This document shows, piece by piece, positions 60,452-64,000 of a stretch of DNA of 64,000 bases. This DNA is from Pelagibacteraceae bacterium AG-470-E16 (lineage in GTDB: Bacteria > Pseudomonadota > Alphaproteobacteria > Pelagibacterales > Pelagibacteraceae): contig QCSF01000003.1 in assembly GCA_003209195.1 (NCBI GenBank), forward strand, positions 14,874-78,873. Direction: 5' to 3'. The position numbers and the translations under genes are program-made. Below the pieces are notes generated by a model, which was not told where the DNA came from, did not search any database, and worked only from the letters and a program-made list of their open reading frames with translations. Positions within the stretch are counted from its first letter, which is position 1; each line of letters starts with the position of its first letter.

Positions 60452-61516
60452 ATGTTCAAAAAAATGATTGCAGTATTATCTGCATTATTTCTTTCAGCAT
60501 CTGCGGCTTTATCCGTAGATTATTCTGGAAAAACTGTAACTATTTGGGTTCCATTTAAAGCTGGTGGAGGAACAGACGCTGTGGCAAGAGCTTTAACAGG
60601 ACCTTTGTCTGCAAACTTACCTGGAAATCCTTCAGTTGTAGTTAAAAACGTTACAGAAGGTGGAGGAATAGGATCAGTTAATACATATGTCGCCAAGCAT
60701 GGCAAAGACAAAGATGGTTTAGTTGTATTGGCTACTTCAGGTTCAACTCAACTTCCATTCTTATTTAAAGACAAAAGAGTAAGATATGACTACAAAAAAT
60801 TTGTAGCTGTACACGGTGCAGGTACTGGTGGAGTAGTATATGTTCGTAGTGATCTTGGTATCAAAGATATAATAAAAGACTTTGATAAACTAAAAGGAAA
60901 AAAACTTTTATATGGTTCACAGGGTATAAGTTCATTAGACGCTGTCCCTGCATTAGCTTTCGACATGTTAGGATTACCAGTTAAGATTGTATATGGTATG
61001 AAAGGTCGAAAAGGTGGTAGAGCTGCAATTATGCGTGGTGAAACAACCATTGATTATCAAACAAGTTCTTCATACAAAAAGCACATTAAACCTTTAGTTG
61101 ATAAAGGTGAGATGGTTCCATTAATGACATGGGGAGTGCAAAAAGGAAATAAGATTGTTAGAGATCCTAACTTTCCAAACCTTCCGTGCTTTACTGAAGT
61201 TTATGAAAAGGTAACTGGCAAAAAACCTGGTGGTGAAGAGTTTCAAGCTTGGTCAGCGATGTTTGCTGCTGGATTCACTACACAAAAATTTCTTGTCTTA
61301 CCAAAAGGTACAAAGAACAGCGTAATTAAGACTTGGCAAAAAGCCGCTGAGGGTATTGTTGCTGATAAAGCTGCAATGAAAGTTCTAAATAAAAAACTGG
61401 GAACTTATCCTCATTACATTGGTAACAAAGATTTAAAAGTTGCGCTAAAAAATGCTTCGACAATGAAAGGAAGCACATATAAGTATCTCAGCAACTGGTT
61501 AGCTAGCAAAAAATAA
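60452..61516 (+). CDS. Tripartite tricarboxylate transporter substrate-binding protein (TctC/Bug family)
   Basis: Signal peptide, VPFKAGGGTDAVAR, NVTEGGG; likely start ATG 60452 after SD GGGGGA. Confidence 0.88.
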   Translation: MFKKMIAVLSALFLSASAALSVDYSGKTVTIWVPFKAGGGTDAVARALTGPLSANLPGNPSVVVKNVTEGGGIGSVNTYVAKHGKDKDGLVVLATSGSTQLPFLFKDKRVRYDYKKFVAVHGAGTGGVVYVRSDLGIKDIIKDFDKLKGKKLLYGSQGISSLDAVPALAFDMLGLPVKIVYGMKGRKGGRAAIMRGETTIDYQTSSSYKKHIKPLVDKGEMVPLMTWGVQKGNKIVRDPNFPNLPCFTEVYEKVTGKKPGGEEFQAWSAMFAAGFTTQKFLVLPKGTKNSVIKTWQKAAEGIVADKAAMKVLNKKLGTYPHYIGNKDLKVALKNASTMKGSTYKYLSNWLASKK

Positions 61517-61527
61517 ATTATTAATTT

Positions 61528-61559
61528 AAGATTGGGGAGCTTGCTCCCCAATCTTTTTT
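61528..61559 (+). terminator. GC-rich hairpin plus U tract between tctC and tctA (intrinsic terminator or mRNA stabiliser)
   Basis: AAGATTGGGGAGC-TT-GCTCCCCAATCTT followed by TTTT. Confidence 0.85.
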
Positions 61560-61577
61560 AATGATAATATCAATAAT

Positions 61578-63581
61578 ATGCTTGATGCTCTACTCAGCGC
61601 ATTTATTACAATTGTTTCAGGACCATCGATTCTTTTTTTAATTGCAGGTGTTGTTATTGGCCTAGTGGTTGGAGTTATTCCAGGATTTGGAGGAACCGTA
61701 GGTCTATCTCTTTTATTACCTTTTGTTTTTGGGATGGAACCAATTTCCGGTATCGCTATGATGATGGGTTTGTTATCAGTTGTGGCTACTTCAGATACTT
61801 TTCCGGCAGTTCTTATTGGAGTACCTGGATCCGTATCCGCACAAGCAACAGTAATGGATGGCTTTCCACTAGCAAAGAAAGGTCAAGCGGCCCGAGCTTT
61901 ATCTGCTGCATTTTTTTCTTCATTATTTGGCGGTTTATTCGGAGCAGTCTTACTTACAATGATTATTCAAATTGCAAAACCAATTATTTTAGCATTTGGT
62001 ACAGGAGAAATGTTAATGTTAGCTGTGTTTGGTATAACGATTGTCGGAACATTAACTGGGGCCAGTATTTCAAAAGGATTAATAGCAGCTTGCCTTGGTT
62101 TAATTATTGGATCAATAGGAATTTCTCCAGGTTCATCAGAATATCGATTAGATTTTAGTAATTTTCTGGAAGTTCAAAATTCCATAGTTATGTATTTAGG
62201 AAATGGAATTCACTTGATGGTTGTTGCAATATCAATCTTTGCATTACCAGAAATTGTTGAGCTTTTAAGATCAAATAAAGCAATATCAGAGAAAGCAAAA
62301 TTGGAACCCTCAGGATGGTTAAAAGGTTTCAAAGATTTTATATCAAATAAATGGCTAGTATTGAGATGTTCTTTTTTAGGAAGTTTTATAGGCTTAATTC
62401 CAGGCATAGGTGGATCATGTATTGATTGGATAAGCTATAGTCATGCGAAGACATCAGTCAAAAATAACGAGGAATTTGGCAAGGGTGATATTCGAGGTGT
62501 AATTGGACCTGAGTCGAGTTCAAATTCTAAGGAAGGCGGGGCATTAATTCCGACTTTGCTATTTGCTATACCAGGCTCTGGAGGAACTGCAGTTTTAATG
62601 GGGGGATTAATATTACTTGGTGTAGAACCAGGGATACAGTTAATAAATAACAGACTTGATTTAGTTTATACGATAATTTGGTCTCTAGCAATTGCAAATA
62701 TTTTTGGAGCTTTGGTATGTGTTTATTTAGCTAAACCAATTTCATCTCTAACGACAATAAATTTTACCATTCTTGCTCCTTTTTTAATTTCATTAATACT
62801 CTTCGCCATTTATAATTCTAGCAGGTCGTGGGGTGACCTAATATTTGCTATGTTAATTGGACTTATCGCAGTTTATATGAAGAGGTTTGAGTATTCACGT
62901 GTTGCTTTAATGATTGGATTTGTATTAAGTGATGGAATTGAAACTAATTTATATCAAACTATACAATTTTATACAATTGAAGAATTATTTTTACGTCCTA
63001 TATTTTTAGTGTTAATTGCTATTTGTGTATTATCAATACTGTCAGGTTTAAAAATAATTGATAAAGCAAAAAAACTAAGCCAAAGCACTAAAGCTATAGA
63101 ATACACAAGAAATCCTCAATTATATTTTGCAATTATAATGTCGTTTATTGGAGTTTATACTATTTGGGCAACTAAGGATTTAGCTTTTTTGGGAAAAGTA
63201 TTTCCCCAAAGCGTTGGTATTACAATGCTTGTATGTTCTTTAAGTTTGATTTATCAAATTCACTTTGCAAAAAGTGGTAGTATAGTTTTGCACGATTCAG
63301 AAGCAAATATGGTAAATAAAGAAGGTGTCCAACCTTTTTGGATGCCAATTTTTTGGTTCTTGTTACCTTTACTGGTAGCAATCTTTATAGGTTTTTATAT
63401 TGCAATCGGTCTATTTGTTTTTTGGTTTTTAAAAAGAATTGCTCAAGTTAAAACCTCTCTATGTTTTATATCTTTAATATCTATTTGGATTTTGCTCGCT
63501 ATTATTTCTCATTTTATGGTTATGGATTTTGCGCCTGGAATACTCCAAACATACATAGAATTACCGTGGCCAATAAATTAA
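61578..63581 (+). CDS. TTT permease TctA with a fused C-terminal TctB-like domain
   Basis: GVIPGFGG, GVPGS...ATVMDGFP, GLIPGIGG, GPESSSNSKEGG.LIPTLLFAIPGS; ~170-aa extra C-terminal TM region with FP and terminal P.G.L; no separate tctB. Confidence 0.85.
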   Translation: MLDALLSAFITIVSGPSILFLIAGVVIGLVVGVIPGFGGTVGLSLLLPFVFGMEPISGIAMMMGLLSVVATSDTFPAVLIGVPGSVSAQATVMDGFPLAKKGQAARALSAAFFSSLFGGLFGAVLLTMIIQIAKPIILAFGTGEMLMLAVFGITIVGTLTGASISKGLIAACLGLIIGSIGISPGSSEYRLDFSNFLEVQNSIVMYLGNGIHLMVVAISIFALPEIVELLRSNKAISEKAKLEPSGWLKGFKDFISNKWLVLRCSFLGSFIGLIPGIGGSCIDWISYSHAKTSVKNNEEFGKGDIRGVIGPESSSNSKEGGALIPTLLFAIPGSGGTAVLMGGLILLGVEPGIQLINNRLDLVYTIIWSLAIANIFGALVCVYLAKPISSLTTINFTILAPFLISLILFAIYNSSRSWGDLIFAMLIGLIAVYMKRFEYSRVALMIGFVLSDGIETNLYQTIQFYTIEELFLRPIFLVLIAICVLSILSGLKIIDKAKKLSQSTKAIEYTRNPQLYFAIIMSFIGVYTIWATKDLAFLGKVFPQSVGITMLVCSLSLIYQIHFAKSGSIVLHDSEANMVNKEGVQPFWMPIFWFLLPLLVAIFIGFYIAIGLFVFWFLKRIAQVKTSLCFISLISIWILLAIISHFMVMDFAPGILQTYIELPWPIN

Positions 63582-63585
63582 TTTT

Positions 63586-64000
63586 ATGAGTGATCAAATT
63601 AAAATTCCATGTTTATTTATGAGAGGAGGCACATCGAGAGGACCTTATTTTTTAAAGTCTGATTTGCCAAATGATATTAATCAAAGAAATAAAGTTTTAC
63701 TAGCCGCAATGGGATCACCAGATGTTAGACAAATTGATGGATTAGGTGGTGCAGATCCAGTTAAAAGTAAAGTAGCTATTATTTCAAAATCTGATGAAAA
63801 AAATGTTGATGTTAACTATTACTTTGCACAAGTTAAAATTGATGAACCTATTGTTGATACGAAACCATCATGTGGAAATATGTTAGTTGGAGTTGGACCT
63901 GCCTCAATTGAAAAAGGTTTGATTAAAGCAAAAAATGACCAGACAAAGATAGTAATTCGAGATGTTAATACTGGGATGAAAATTGAAGAAATTGTCCAGA
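63586..64000 (+). CDS. PrpF/GalD family isomerase/tautomerase (partial, runs off the right edge; absent from ORF track)
   Basis: Manual translation MSDQIKIPCLFMRGGTSRGPYF...GSPDVRQIDGLGGADPVKSKVAI...YYFAQV...SCGNM. Confidence 0.92.
   Translation, partial: MSDQIKIPCLFMRGGTSRGPYFLKSDLPNDINQRNKVLLAAMGSPDVRQIDGLGGADPVKSKVAIISKSDEKNVDVNYYFAQVKIDEPIVDTKPSCGNMLVGVGPASIEKGLIKAKNDQTKIVIRDVNTGMKIEEIVQ

Noticed and set aside
465-62407. Numerous 60-170 aa ORFs antisense or out-of-frame to larger genes (e.g. 465-746, 9452-9952, 12910-13221, 54701-55189, 56274-56621)
   Set aside because: They lie wholly or largely inside well-supported genes, have shadow-type composition and show no motifs
46865-64000. 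Annotating the island as a methylcitrate cycle (prpB/prpD/prpF)
   Set aside because: No methylcitrate synthase or AcnD in the window, both PrpD-family proteins resemble other subgroups, and the lyase lacks KxCGH
1-64000. CRISPR arrays, IS elements, prophage or defence genes
   Set aside because: No regularly spaced repeats, terminal inverted repeats, or transposase, integrase or phage-like ORFs were seen; nearly all DNA is accounted for by genes

Overview
A very AT-rich, tightly packed alphaproteobacterial chromosome segment with many 1-4 nt gene overlaps and almost no intergenic DNA. Gene content and protein style suggest a SAR11/Pelagibacterales-like organism (inference). Bases 1-42 kb are core genome: trxB (partial), an ELM1-like gene plus a 2OG-Fe(II) oxygenase, carAB, yqeY-dnaG-rpoD-tRNA-Ile2, mlaAC, an amidase, rnpB, a dcw cluster in which ftsZ sits between mraZ and rsmH instead of after ftsA, lpxC-bamD-ligA, pepP, uvrD, an AsmA-like gene and fumC. 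Bases 43-64 kb are accessory and contain two candidate undescribed systems. (1) A translationally coupled minus-strand operon: ArsS-like Cys-rich radical SAM, DedA/TVP38 membrane protein, 51-aa microprotein (missed by the ORF track), 87-aa secreted protein, then a 48-aa tail-anchored microprotein (also missed). (2) An ~18 kb IclR-associated polycarboxylate catabolic island that runs off the right edge. It encodes two different MmgE/PrpD enzymes (one IDS-epimerase-like, one cis-aconitate-decarboxylase-like), a TcuA-like flavoprotein without tcuB, an ICL/PEPM-family lyase with an altered catalytic loop, three dehydrogenases, a TauD-like dioxygenase, hydrolases, a TTT transporter with fused TctA-TctB and a PrpF-family isomerase. 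A shared palindromic operator occurs at two of its divergent promoters. No CRISPR, integrase, transposase or phage genes were seen. All family assignments come from motif recognition by eye; no database searches were run.
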